Assembly (NCBI GenBank): GCA_023129575.1
Contig: JAGMBS010000005.1
Span: 1-51,395 of the forward strand
Direction of reading: 5' to 3'
Length of the DNA stretch: 51,395 nt
Origin: Minisyncoccota bacterium
GTDB lineage: Bacteria > Patescibacteriota > Minisyncoccia > Phycocordibacterales > UBA12079
Made by a program: the position numbers and the translations under genes. Position 1 is the first letter of the stretch. The number at the start of each line of letters is the position of its first letter. Positions 9,898-19,374 of the stretch are shown piece by piece. Below the pieces are notes generated by a model. That model had not been told where the DNA came from, did not search any database, and worked only from the letters and a program-made list of their open reading frames with translations.

Positions 9898-10146
9898 TTA
9901 AATCATCTTTTCTATTTTTTAAAGAACATTTATTTCGTCCTTTTTGTAATTTTGCCTATTCCGGCTGGTGCCAGTCGGCTTTTGGGAATTTCGGTCATTG
10001 AGATCTGCCTGCCGGCGGGTTTGTTTGTAATTTATAATCTAAAATTTATAATTTCAAGCGAGGATTTATAGAAATAAATATTTTAATTTTATTTCTATAT
10101 AATCCGAGCGATGGAATTATATGCTTGCTTCATATAATTTCTTTCC

Positions 10147-11100
10147 CTATCTTTTTCTATAACTAACGGTTAAGCGGTTAAAAATTTCCTGCAGAGTTGT
10201 CTTGTTCGTGGTGATGGCGATTGTGTTTTTATCGGCAAAAGCGTAAATGAACAAAATTTTGCCTCCCCCGTCCAAGATCGCGCGGGCGTCTTTGTTTTTA
10301 ATGACGATGTCTTTAAATTGATATTTTCCTTCGCGTAATCTGCTAACGGACAGAACCGGGTTATCTTCAATAAAAACAGTCCGCAAATCTTCAACAATAT
10401 TCTCTTCCCATTTTAACATTTCCGGGAAAGTATTCTCAAAAGAGCGGGTTTTTAATATCAAAAAGGGTTTATTGCCGGCCGAGGAATGAAAACCGAACAT
10501 AAAATTCGGTTCAATAAATCTTAAAAGCGCGCCGGGAATACGGGTGTCAATAAGCGTCATAAATTGTTCTATGTCCGCAAGTGTTTTCCCCGCTTCCGTT
10601 GTGTTGCCGGTAATTTCTTTTCTTTGCGTGAAATATAAATGGATTAAAGAACCGAGAGGTATGTTTATGTCAGCGGCTTCGTTTTGGATTAATTTTGATA
10701 TTTTAAGTTTGCTCGGTTTTTCTAAAAATAATTCTTTTTGATATTCCGAATAGATAATCGGTTTCAAAACCACATCGCTTATTTTAATAAGAGGACTTGG
10801 TTTGAAGAAATACAACAAAAACACGGAAGAAAGGCCTACGGCGATGAACAAAATACTGGTTATAGATAAAGCGATGTTCTTTTTCGTGGCTGTGGCAACT
10901 TTAAAAAAAGATTTATTCCGCTTTTTTTCTTCAGCCATAACCATTCCCGCCATTGAACTGTCTTTGCTTTTCAAAATATCGGCCAAGTCGCTCCGATATG
11001 TTCTGACGGAGGTCTTGCTTCCATCCTTGGGCTGAGGCGCCTGTTTGTCTGACGCGCCGGCCTCTTTATTTTGAGGGATTTGCTTTGGTTTCTTCTCCAT
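10147..11100 (-). CDS. Single-TM hypothetical protein
   Basis: 317-aa ORF with one TM segment; VRTYRSD motif; overlaps the pnp 3' end. Confidence 0.8.
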   Translation of the reverse strand: MEKKPKQIPQNKEAGASDKQAPQPKDGSKTSVRTYRSDLADILKSKDSSMAGMVMAEEKKRNKSFFKVATATKKNIALSITSILFIAVGLSSVFLLYFFKPSPLIKISDVVLKPIIYSEYQKELFLEKPSKLKISKLIQNEAADINIPLGSLIHLYFTQRKEITGNTTEAGKTLADIEQFMTLIDTRIPGALLRFIEPNFMFGFHSSAGNKPFLILKTRSFENTFPEMLKWEENIVEDLRTVFIEDNPVLSVSRLREGKYQFKDIVIKNKDARAILDGGGKILFIYAFADKNTIAITTNKTTLQEIFNRLTVSYRKR

Positions 11101-13201
11101 AACTTTGTTTTATGAATTTTGGGTCGGCGGCTTTAATGGACAATTTAATTTTACCGCGGTCGCCCAATTCTTTTATTATAACGGGAACTTTCATCCCTTC
11201 TTCAAGGACCCGGTTGATGTCCTCAATGCGAAAGGGGGCAATTTCCGAAATATGAACCATTCCTTCCGCGTTCGCTCCAATTTTGACGATAGCGCCAAAA
11301 TCAAACAATTTAATTATAACACCTTCAAATTTTTCTCCCACTTTATATTCTTTGGTTATTTCCGTGACGGTTTTTTGAGCCGCGGCGACCGCGTCTGCTA
11401 AACCGGTTAAGAAAACTCGCCCGTCATCCTCAATGTCAATTTCCGCGCCGGTTTGTTTTTTTATTTCTTTAATCATTTTCCCGCCCGGACCGATTACCTC
11501 GCCGATTTGGTCGGGTTTAATTCGCATTTGAATAATCCGAGGGGCGTTGGACGCCAGGTCGGCGCGCGGCCGGGCGATTTCCGCTTCAATCACATCCAAA
11601 ATTTGCAAGCGCGCTTTTTCCGCCTGAACCAAAGCTTCCGAAAGAATTTTAATCGGCACGCCATTTACTTTGACATCCATTTGAATGGCGGTTACTCCGG
11701 CGCGAGTGCCGGCGACTTTGAAATCCATATCGCCGTAATGGTCTTCGGGACCTTGAATGTCCGTTAAAATTTTGTAATTATTTTCATCTTTCATCATTAA
11801 GCCCATCGCGATTCCGGCAACCGGCGCTTTGATGGGAACTCCGGCATCCATTAAGGCGATTGTGCTGGCGCAAGAGGACGCCATTGAAGTGGAACCGTTG
11901 GAAGCCATTGATTCTGAAACAATTCTGATGGTATAAGGAAATTCCTCTTCGGACGGAAGCACAGGCAATAAAGCTTTTTCAGCCAACATTCCATGTCCAA
12001 TCATACGACGGTTAAAACCTCCCACTCGGCCGGTCTCACCCGTGGAAAAGGGAGGAAAATTATAATGATGAAAATATCTTTTTGTCTCGCCATCATCGTT
12101 TTCAATCCCGTTTAATAAAAGGGTGTCTTTCGGTCCTCCCAAGGTCAGAGCGGAAAAGACATGAGTGCCCCCGCGGTAAAAAATTCCGGTCCCGTGAGCG
12201 CTTGGAGAAAGCTTGCCCGCTTTTGCGACAAGAGCGCGGATCTCGTCCATTTTTCTGCCATCTACACGCGTATTTTCTTCCAAAGCTTTTTTATGAATTA
12301 AGTCGTCGGTTGTTTTTTCGTAATGAGCCAAGGCCAGCGAAGGGTTTTCTGTCTCAAAAGAGTTTTTAAATATCTCTAACCAATCATTTTTAAGTTTTTC
12401 TATTATTATTTTTCCGTTATCGCCAAAAATTCCGTTTTCCATTTGAGGTTCAATTTTTTCTGTAAATAAAGCGACGGCTTCCGGAGACAATTTTTCTTTT
12501 TCAATTATGATTTTTTCTTTTCCGCGGTCGGCGATAATTTCTTTTTGCCAAACTTGAATTTTTTCGATTTCCTCGGACGCTTTTTGAAATGCCCGGGCAA
12601 TTAATTCGTTTGAACTTTGGCCGGCTTTGATTTCCAACATATTTAAGTTGTTGTCTTTCCCGCAGGCGATTAAATCTAATTTTTGAGTTGCTCCGTTTCT
12701 CAAATTGAAATTAATTGCCAATTCATCTGAATCGTTAGCGGTAATTCTAATAGCGCTAACCGGTCCGTTCCAGGGGATGTTGGAAGTTCCCAACGCCAAA
12801 GAAGCGGCGTTGATTGCCAAAATATCAGGACTGCATTTTCCAAGAGATAATATTGTTACAATAACTTGAATATCGTTTCGGATGGAATTGTCAAAAAGCG
12901 GACGAATAGTTCGGTCAATCATTCTCCCGTTTAAGACGGCATTGGTGGAGGGCATCCCCTCTTTTCTCATAAAACGACTGCCCAGAATTTTTCCGACCGA
13001 GTAAAATTTTTCTTCAAATTCTACCGAAAGAGGAAACCAATCCTGCCCCTCTCTTTTATTGGCTGACATAACAGCGGTCGCCAGAACTACTGTGTCCCCG
13101 CAACTTAAAAGGACGGAGCCGTTGGTTTGGTTCGCCAAATCGTCAAATTGCGCGGTGATTGTCTCGCCGCCAATCCTTAGTGAATATTCTTTTGTTTCCA
13201 T
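11066..13201 (-). CDS. pnp: Polyribonucleotide nucleotidyltransferase (ORF extends to 13219)
   Basis: RMIDRTIRPLF, HYNFPPFSTGE, SNGSTSMAS, EDHYGDMDFKVAGT; KH (IGPGGKMIK) and S1 domains. Confidence 0.98.
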   Translation of the reverse strand: METKEYSLRIGGETITAQFDDLANQTNGSVLLSCGDTVVLATAVMSANKREGQDWFPLSVEFEEKFYSVGKILGSRFMRKEGMPSTNAVLNGRMIDRTIRPLFDNSIRNDIQVIVTILSLGKCSPDILAINAASLALGTSNIPWNGPVSAIRITANDSDELAINFNLRNGATQKLDLIACGKDNNLNMLEIKAGQSSNELIARAFQKASEEIEKIQVWQKEIIADRGKEKIIIEKEKLSPEAVALFTEKIEPQMENGIFGDNGKIIIEKLKNDWLEIFKNSFETENPSLALAHYEKTTDDLIHKKALEENTRVDGRKMDEIRALVAKAGKLSPSAHGTGIFYRGGTHVFSALTLGGPKDTLLLNGIENDDGETKRYFHHYNFPPFSTGETGRVGGFNRRMIGHGMLAEKALLPVLPSEEEFPYTIRIVSESMASNGSTSMASSCASTIALMDAGVPIKAPVAGIAMGLMMKDENNYKILTDIQGPEDHYGDMDFKVAGTRAGVTAIQMDVKVNGVPIKILSEALVQAEKARLQILDVIEAEIARPRADLASNAPRIIQMRIKPDQIGEVIGPGGKMIKEIKKQTGAEIDIEDDGRVFLTGLADAVAAAQKTVTEITKEYKVGEKFEGVIIKLFDFGAIVKIGANAEGMVHISEIAPFRIEDINRVLEEGMKVPVIIKELGDRGKIKLSIKAADPKFIKQSYGEETKANPSK

Positions 13202-13307
13202 ATTAAATGATATAGGCATTCTCCAAATTTTAGACCTGAAATTTTGTTTTCAAATCTACCTATTTGGAGAATGAAATAAATTGATAATAAATTAAATATA
13301 CCTTAAA

Positions 13308-13850
13308 TTATTTCCGCGAAAAAAATCTTCCCTTTCTGTCTTTGCGACCAAGAAGATATTTTTTGGGGTCTTGGCAAAGGTCCGTAAAATCATCAGCCGC
13401 CTCAATCAATTTAGCCGACGATGATTTGCCAAACGCGATTACTTCCACTTGGCAACCTTCGTTTGTTTGCAGATACTCTACCAAAGGCACAAAATCGCCA
13501 TCACCTGAAATTAGGACTATTGTGTCCAATTTGGGCGCCAATTTAATGGCGTCAACTGCGATACCGACATCCCAGTCAGCTTTTTTGGCTCCGCCGAAAA
13601 AAATTTGCAGGTCTTTTGACTTTGTTTCAATTCCCAATTTTTCCAAGGCCTCAAAAAAGTTTTTTTCATCTTCCGATTCGGTGGTAATGAGATAGGCGAT
13701 GGCTCTGATTAAAGCCCTTCCCGCAACGGCGTCGTCCAAAACTTGTTTGAAATTAACTTTGGCCTGATAAAGATTTTTCGCGCTATGATAAAGATTTTGA
13801 GTGTCTATAAAAACTCCTATCCTTTGTTCTTTGTGTTTTATGACGGTCAT
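13308..13850 (-). CDS. NYN domain (LabA/DUF88) protein
   Basis: VFIDTQNLY, KADWDVGIAVD, SGDGDFVPL, LIEAADDF. Confidence 0.93.
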   Translation of the reverse strand: MTVIKHKEQRIGVFIDTQNLYHSAKNLYQAKVNFKQVLDDAVAGRALIRAIAYLITTESEDEKNFFEALEKLGIETKSKDLQIFFGGAKKADWDVGIAVDAIKLAPKLDTIVLISGDGDFVPLVEYLQTNEGCQVEVIAFGKSSSAKLIEAADDFTDLCQDPKKYLLGRKDRKGRFFSRK

Positions 13851-13883
13851 AAATATGTATTATGTATTAAGTATTATGTATTA
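13848..13883 (-). repeat. (TAATACW)4 heptamer block abutting the NYN start codon
   Basis: 35/36 identical to 32094-32129, upstream of clpP. Confidence 0.8.
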
Positions 13884-13962
13884 CGGATTTTGGCTTCGCC
13901 AAAATCCGTTCATAAAAATGAAAAAGTAAAAAGTAAAGAAAAAATCGCCTTGCGATTTTTTC

Positions 13963-14235
13963 TTATTTTTTCTTTTTTAAACCGAGGGTTTTCACGAGGG
14001 CGTTGTATCTTTTAGCGTTTTTCTTGTGGAGATATTTGAGATGTTTTCTCCTGTCCGCCACCATTTGCAGCAGTCCCTTTCTGGAGTGGCGGTCTTTTTT
14101 ATGAGTTTTTAGATGGGTTGCCAATTCCGCTATTTTTTTAGTTAAAACGGAAACTTGCGCCTCCGGGGAACCGGTATCCGTCTTGTGAACTTGGGTTTTT
14201 TTAATGGCGCGCGCTTTTTTCGTTTTTGTTAACAT
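13963..14235 (-). CDS. rpsO: 30S ribosomal protein S15
   Basis: [38 protein letters not shown]. Confidence 0.98.
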   Translation of the reverse strand: MLTKTKKARAIKKTQVHKTDTGSPEAQVSVLTKKIAELATHLKTHKKDRHSRKGLLQMVADRRKHLKYLHKKNAKRYNALVKTLGLKKKK

Positions 14236-14331
14236 CGGTCAAATACTAACATAACCGGCGGTTTTTTGCAATATAATAACGGAATTTGGAATGTCGCGCA
14301 ATATCTAACGGTTTTATAGTATAATGTGATT

Positions 14332-15231
14332 ATGAATTTACGGCAATTAAAACGGGAATATCTGGAATATTTGGAAATTGAGCGGGGGCGGAGTTTGAAA
14401 ACGATTGAGAATTATAACCGCTATATGGATTGTTTTTTGGATTTTTTAAAAAAAGACACGCCATTAGCGATTACGGATGAAATTGTCAGAAAATTTCGCC
14501 TGTGGCTAAATCGGCAATCAGTCGGGGCAAAACAGGGGACCCTCAAAAAGACAACCCAAAATTATTATTTAATCGCTTTGAGGGGTTTTTTGAAGTATTT
14601 GGCGAAAAGGGGCGTGGCATCTTTGGCGCCGGAACGGATTGAATTGGCGAAAGTGGGCGAAAGATCTTTGGATTTGATTTCAATTGGGGAATTAAGGCGA
14701 TTATTGAACGCGCCGAATGAAAATGTTTTGAAAGGATTGCGGGATAAGGCGATTTTGGAACTTTTATTTTCCACCGGTTTGCGGGTTTCGGAATTGTGCG
14801 CGCTCAATAACGATATTGATTTGAATAAAGATGAAATGTCGGCGCGAGGGAAAGGGGATAAAGTGAGAGTGGTCTTTTTTTCCGAATTCGCCAAAAAAGC
14901 GGTTAAAAAATATCTAACTGAGCGGAAAGATATGAGCGAAGCGTTATTTGTTTCTTTGCCCAATCAAAGGTCGGGTGAAAATAGCCGTTTAACGGCTCGG
15001 TCGGTGGAAAGAATTGTCCGGTATTACGCTGTCAAAGCGGGCATTACAAACAAGGTTACGCCCCATATAATTCGGCATTCTTTTGCAACTGATTTGCTTC
15101 AAAACGGGGCGGATTTACGTTCGGTGCAAATAATGCTGGGGCATTCCAATATCTCCACCACCCAGATTTATACCCATCTGACGGACAAGCATTTGAAAGA
15201 AATACATAAAAAATTTCATAATAGGAAATAG
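14332..15231 (+). CDS. XerC/XerD-type tyrosine recombinase (ORF from 14326)
   Basis: SAM-like N-domain; STGLRVSEL, GKGDK, HIIRHSFAT, LGHSNISTTQIYTH. Confidence 0.93.
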   Translation: MNLRQLKREYLEYLEIERGRSLKTIENYNRYMDCFLDFLKKDTPLAITDEIVRKFRLWLNRQSVGAKQGTLKKTTQNYYLIALRGFLKYLAKRGVASLAPERIELAKVGERSLDLISIGELRRLLNAPNENVLKGLRDKAILELLFSTGLRVSELCALNNDIDLNKDEMSARGKGDKVRVVFFSEFAKKAVKKYLTERKDMSEALFVSLPNQRSGENSRLTARSVERIVRYYAVKAGITNKVTPHIIRHSFATDLLQNGADLRSVQIMLGHSNISTTQIYTHLTDKHLKEIHKKFHNRK

Positions 15232-15377
15232 TTTTGTTTTTATATTAAAAACAAATAATTTCGAATTTTGAATTTCAAATTTTGATTGAATGATTAATTT
15301 TTAATGATTGAATGTTTAAACATTCAATATTCGGTCATTCAAAATTGAATCGAAATTCAAAATTCATAATTTAACAT

Positions 15378-15496
15378 TAAAAATGTCTTTTATAAAAGAC
15401 ATTTTTAGTTATCCCCAGTATGTCCTTTACAATGTCCTTTATACAAATTATTATAAAGGACAGTTAGTTCTTTGAAAAATAATTTTGTCCTTTATA
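15378..15496. promoter_or_regulatory. Cluster of six TGTCYTTTA motifs plus a DnaA-like box
   Basis: 30-bp perfect palindrome 15378-15407; motif at 15421, 15433, 15452-15462 (inverted) and 15486; TTATCCCCA at 15409-15417. Confidence 0.7.
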
Positions 15497-15617
15497 AATT
15501 TTAAGGCGAACCTCTGTTTGTCTTATTGCAGATATAGGCCCCGATTTTTTTAATCGGGGTTTTTTAATGGTTTAAATTAAAAACCTTACAAAATAGCTTC
15601 TTTTCAAAACTCTGACC

Positions 15618-15675
15618 CAAGCCCTGTTAGAGATAAGAAGTTAAAAACTTCCGCAATCTCTAACAGGGCAAGCCC
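15618..15675. repeat. 51-bp CCYGTTAGAGAT...TCTAACRGG element, copy 1
   Basis: Terminal inverted repeats and a flanking direct repeat caagccc at 15618 and 15669. Confidence 0.8.
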
Positions 15676-15677
15676 CC

Positions 15678-15829
15678 GAGGTCCGACCTCTGAGTTTTTG
15701 CTAAGGTGTAAACTCTATTCACTATTCGGTGAAGTCCGACTTCTGAACCGTCGCTATTGTTTATACTCTACTCACCATTCATAATTTTATCACTTCCGAA
15801 GTCGGACTTCTTTTTCAAGGTCGGACCTC
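15678..15829. repeat. Four REP-like GARGTC(C/G)GACYTC palindromes
   Basis: 15678-15690, 15731-15743, 15798-15810, 15817-15829; same family at 47021 and 47087. Confidence 0.75.
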
Positions 15830-15874
15830 TTATTGTTTGTTTCGAGTTTGTCTTAGCGTTGTGCTTTCGTTTTT

Positions 15875-17374
15875 TTATTTCACCCAATGTCTTGCGCGGA
15901 TGGCTTTAATTTCTTTTTCCTCCTCTCTTTCCTTTTTCTCTTTTCCTTTTTCTCCCAACGCTTTTAATTCGTTTTCAGGCAGTTTTATCAATTCTTGCGC
16001 CCTTTTTTCCAGATATTTAGTTGTGTTTAAGGCGGGATCATCCAAAACATCCTCCAATAAAGCGTTCAAAACAAAACCTATTTTAGGTCCGGGTGTTTCA
16101 CCTGAAACATCCATCAGCCGTTTCCCGTCTATTTTAAGCATTTTAACGGAAACGGGCGCTTTCATCGCTTCCTCTATCATAGCCATATATTTTCTTAATC
16201 TATAAGGTTTTTCTTTAGGCCGTCCCATCCCGATTCGGTCGCAAGTTCGCAATTTCATCAAATCCCAAACATTTTCCGGTCCAACATTGCAAATAATCCG
16301 TCTCACGGCCGAAAGGGTGATTTTATCTATATCTGAGAAAAACAAATGATTTCTGACTAATTTTGTTACGATTTCAATCGTTTGTTTTGGAAACCTTAAG
16401 CGCTCCAAGATTTCACGTGAAACACGCTTGCCCACAACATCATGACCGTAAAAAGTCCATTCCTTCTTTTCTTTATGCCATCTTTTGGTGTGCGGTTTGG
16501 CAATATCGTGTAATAAGGATGCTAATCGTATGTGCAAAGGGAAATTTTTATCAGCGGAATGTTGCAAAGTTCGTAAATTATGTTCCCAAATAGTGTAAAT
16601 ATGGGCTCCTTTCTGTTTTTCTCCCATTCCTTTTTCTAATTCGGGGATAATGTATTTTAAAAGCCCTAATTTTTGGGTTAAAATAAGGCCATCCATTGGC
16701 GCATCCGTCATTAAAATTTTGATAAACTCGTCTCTGATTCGCTCTTGCGAGATATTTTTCAGGTTTTTGGCTTGTTTTACAATCGCTTTTTCCGTCTCGT
16801 TGTCAATTGTGAAACTCAATTCAGTTGCCAAACGGACGGCTCGAAGCAGCCGCAAGGCGTCCTCGCTAAAACGATCTTCCGGGTTTCCAACAGCGCGAAT
16901 AATTTTGTCTTTTAGATCTTTTTGCCCGTTATATAAATCAACCAAAGTTTCACCTGAAACGCTATAAGCCATCGCGTTGATGGTAAAATCTCGTCTTTTC
17001 AAATCGTCTTCTAATTTATCGCTAAAAACAACGGCATCCGGGTGGCGGCTGTCAGAATACTTGCTTTCAAGACGATAAGGTGTTATTTCAATCGTTTTAA
17101 GCGTTTCGTCTAATGTTTCACCTGAAACACCTTTCGTTGTTTCAGGTGAAACAACCCCGACTGTTCCGTACTCATTTTCGTAAAATGTATGCTCAAAAAG
17201 TTCTAAAATATTCTCCGGCTTGGCGTTGGTAGTAATATCCCAATCTTTCGGTTTTCTGTCCGACAATAAATCACGAACGCACCCGCCCACCAAATACGCC
17301 TCAAACCCGGCTTTTTCCAAAGTTTGTGTTACACGCGAAACCTCTTTTGGTATTTTTAATTTAATGTTTTTCAT
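15875..17374 (-). CDS. cca: CCA-adding tRNA nucleotidyltransferase with HD domain
   Basis: YLVGGCVRD, DWDITT, DLKRRDFTINAMA, RFSEDALRLLRAVR, LLHDIAKP, FYGHD. None of the four tRNA genes in the window encodes CCA. Confidence 0.93.
   Translation of the reverse strand: MKNIKLKIPKEVSRVTQTLEKAGFEAYLVGGCVRDLLSDRKPKDWDITTNAKPENILELFEHTFYENEYGTVGVVSPETTKGVSGETLDETLKTIEITPYRLESKYSDSRHPDAVVFSDKLEDDLKRRDFTINAMAYSVSGETLVDLYNGQKDLKDKIIRAVGNPEDRFSEDALRLLRAVRLATELSFTIDNETEKAIVKQAKNLKNISQERIRDEFIKILMTDAPMDGLILTQKLGLLKYIIPELEKGMGEKQKGAHIYTIWEHNLRTLQHSADKNFPLHIRLASLLHDIAKPHTKRWHKEKKEWTFYGHDVVGKRVSREILERLRFPKQTIEIVTKLVRNHLFFSDIDKITLSAVRRIICNVGPENVWDLMKLRTCDRIGMGRPKEKPYRLRKYMAMIEEAMKAPVSVKMLKIDGKRLMDVSGETPGPKIGFVLNALLEDVLDDPALNTTKYLEKRAQELIKLPENELKALGEKGKEKKEREEEKEIKAIRARHWVK
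16094..17342. promoter_or_regulatory. Six parS-like 16-mers embedded in cca
   Basis: 16094 tgtttcacctgaaaca; 16409 gatttcacgtgaaaca; 16946 agtttcacctgaaacg; 17114 tgtttcacctgaaaca; 17138 tgtttcaggtgaaaca; 17327 tgttacacgcgaaacc. Consensus parS is TGTTTCACGTGAAACA. Confidence 0.8.
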
Positions 17375-17541
17375 ACTCCCAAGTATAGCAGATTTTTAAG
17401 ATTTTTTAATTTATTTTCCCCTTTTCTAAATTGGTTGCGTTTTGTTCGGTGTTTGATATACTCGCTGTTAGTGTTTTTTGTTCTTTGTCGATAAATCATT
17501 TTTGCGTCAAAATAATAATCAACAATAAGGAGGTGATAGAA

Positions 17542-17724
17542 TTGGCAAAAAAGAAAAAGCCAAAATTCAGAAAAAAACAACTTAACCTGTTGGCAATTCA
17601 GATAAATGCTGAGAATGTTGTGCGTGAACAAATGCCGTGGTTATTAGAGCCGAAAATACCGCACGATGAGGAAGAAGATCCTTTTAGAGGCCATGCAAAA
17701 GGAAGTAGAAAATGTTCTAAATAA
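17542..17724 (+). CDS. Small basic hypothetical protein (60 aa)
   Basis: AAGGAGGTG SD 6 nt before TTG 17542; MAKKKKPKFRKK... Confidence 0.5.
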   Translation: MAKKKKPKFRKKQLNLLAIQINAENVVREQMPWLLEPKIPHDEEEDPFRGHAKGSRKCSK

Positions 17725-17775
17725 GGTGGACAGTTAAAAGATATTACCGAACTCGACGAAAGGGGGTGGATTGTT

Positions 17776-17952
17776 ATGAAAATCGCTCAAAAAAGAAAAC
17801 ATAGAGACAGCAAGGAGGATCGAGAAACGCAAAAACACATAATATCGCGCGCAAATTATTCATTAGCAATTCTTGGTATGGCATTCGTGAGACACGGTTC
17901 AGGACGCTTCCTATGGCTTGGTCTGCCACCACCAACAAGAAGAGTAAAATGA
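17776..17952 (+). CDS. Small basic hypothetical protein (58 aa)
   Basis: SD-like aagggggtgg before ATG; MKIAQKRKHRD...PPPTRRVK; followed by a terminator. Confidence 0.45.
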   Translation: MKIAQKRKHRDSKEDRETQKHIISRANYSLAILGMAFVRHGSGRFLWLGLPPPTRRVK

Positions 17953-17963
17953 TTTATTGTTCA

Positions 17964-17995
17964 CTCTGCTATCGTTTCGGTAGCAGAGTTTTTTT
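17964..17995 (+). terminator. Rho-independent terminator
   Basis: ctctgctatcg-ttt-cggtagcagag followed by a T-run. Confidence 0.75.
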
Positions 17996-18079
17996 ATTGT
18001 TCCCAATAATTTTTGAATTTTTCCCGATTTTTTGCTATCATATTATTCGTAATTCCCGACGTTGTCGGTCGGGGCAATT

Positions 18080-18151
18080 GCCCTTGTAGTGAAATGGATA
18101 TCACAACGGTCTTCGGAACCGTTATTGCGGGTTCGAATCCTGCCGGGGGCA
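18080..18151 (+). tRNA. tRNA-Arg(UCG)
   Basis: Acceptor GCCCTTG/CGGGGGC; anticodon arm ACGGT-CTTCGGA-ACCGT; GTTCGAATC T-loop. Confidence 0.95.
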
Positions 18152-18153
18152 CA

Positions 18154-18316
18154 GACGAGCAAAGCGAGGATGTGGCCACGGCAGGATTCGAACGGAACTT
18201 TTCCGCCGTAAGGATTAAGGAAAAGCCCGTGGTTTCGGAGGAGCCGCGCGAGTATATCGTGAATTCGTGGAACGATACGAGCGTGGCGGGGGAGAAGGAA
18301 TCCTACCGGGGGCACA
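18154..18316 (+). mobile_element. tRNA-anchored mini-element ending in a duplicated tRNA 3' end
   Basis: 18298-18316 repeats 18135-18153 (18/19); 18179-18193 is a perfect inverted copy of 18131-18145. Confidence 0.6.
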
Positions 18317-18347
18317 AGTAAAATCGGCCACGCAATAGCCAACCATT

Positions 18348-18989
18348 ATGATAAAAACAAAAACACATATTCTTAAAGCGAGTGGAAAACTGCAACCTTT
18401 TATAGGTATTATCCGCCAGTCGGTTGATGAAGTTCTTGATGAAATCAGCGGAAAATTAACGCTTCCTCAAATTGATATTGTGGTGGCGGATAACCCAAAA
18501 GATACGATTTCTGAAATCGGGATCTGCGGAAATGTTTATACTCCGCATTTTGTGTTAATTAATATTGACCCTGAATTTTCGCAGATTAACAATATTCTTT
18601 CCAAAGAAATAAAAAGTACGCTGGCTCATGAATTGCATCACTGCGTCAGAATACAAGGCGTCGGATACGGGAAAACGCTCTTTGAAGCGATGGTTTCCGA
18701 GGGTTTGGCCGATCATTTTGACAGCGAAATAACGGGAGCTAAACCACGTCCTTGGAGCATTGCTCTTGACAATAAGCAGGCAAATAGATTGATGAAACTT
18801 GCTGAAAAAGAATTTTTTGCTTCAGATTATAATTATAATGACTGGTTTTTTGGCTCTGAAAAAAGACAAATACCAAAATGGACGGCGTACACGCTTGGTT
18901 TTAATATAGTCAGGGATTATATTGGGAAAACGGGAGAAACGGCCTCGGCGCTTGTTAATACAAAAGCGGAAAGATTTTATATTACTTAG
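18348..18989 (+). CDS. DUF2268-type predicted Zn-dependent protease
   Basis: LAHELHH, SEGLADHF, WFFG..IPKWTAYTLGF. Confidence 0.85.
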   Translation: MIKTKTHILKASGKLQPFIGIIRQSVDEVLDEISGKLTLPQIDIVVADNPKDTISEIGICGNVYTPHFVLINIDPEFSQINNILSKEIKSTLAHELHHCVRIQGVGYGKTLFEAMVSEGLADHFDSEITGAKPRPWSIALDNKQANRLMKLAEKEFFASDYNYNDWFFGSEKRQIPKWTAYTLGFNIVRDYIGKTGETASALVNTKAERFYIT

Positions 18990-19051
18990 TAGTCGGACTA
19001 CTAAGTAATTGGGAAAAGTTGTGATTTTTGGTAAAATTGGATTTACCAAAC

Positions 19052-19122
19052 GCGGGCATAGTTTAGTGGTAGAATGACTGCCTTCCAAGCAGTAGACGGG
19101 ATTTCGATTATCCCTGCCCGCA
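19052..19122 (+). tRNA. tRNA-Gly(UCC)
   Basis: Acceptor GCGGGCA/TGCCCGC; anticodon arm ACTGC-CTTCCAA-GCAGT. Confidence 0.93.
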
Positions 19123-19210
19123 CAGATTTAGAGAGTAGAAAGTGGAATGTAGAAAGTAGGAGACAAAAAATATAAATTTAATGCAAATTAACAAACAAAA
19201 CATTTAAAAC

Positions 19211-19240
19211 TGTGGATAAATCTGTGCATAACGGGCATAA
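19211..19240 (-). promoter_or_regulatory. Tandem DnaA boxes (candidate oriC)
   Basis: TGTGGATAA 19211 (perfect), TGTGCATAA 19223, CGGGCATAA 19232, in an AT-rich intergenic region. Confidence 0.55.
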
Positions 19241-19374
19241 CTTGACCTTTAGAAAACGCGCTTTTGTCTTTTTGAAATTCATAAATTATTCAAGAAACGG
19301 CTATAAATAAGGTTTTTGTTTAAAAATAAACAAAAAGACATAAATATTTTTGCGTAATTTATTTGCTAAATAAA

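Noticed and set aside
14332-15231. Tyrosine recombinase as a prophage, ICE or integron integrase
   Set aside because: It is XerC/D-sized with typical motifs, sits next to rpsO, has no phage or conjugation genes nearby, and lacks an obvious IntI-specific insertion.
15231-15875. dif site next to the xer gene
   Set aside because: No convincing 11-6-11 match with a TTATGTTAAAT-like arm was found.
17994-18342. ORFs 17994..18179, 18013..18321 and 18043..18342
   Set aside because: They overlap tRNA-Arg and its trailer; spurious.
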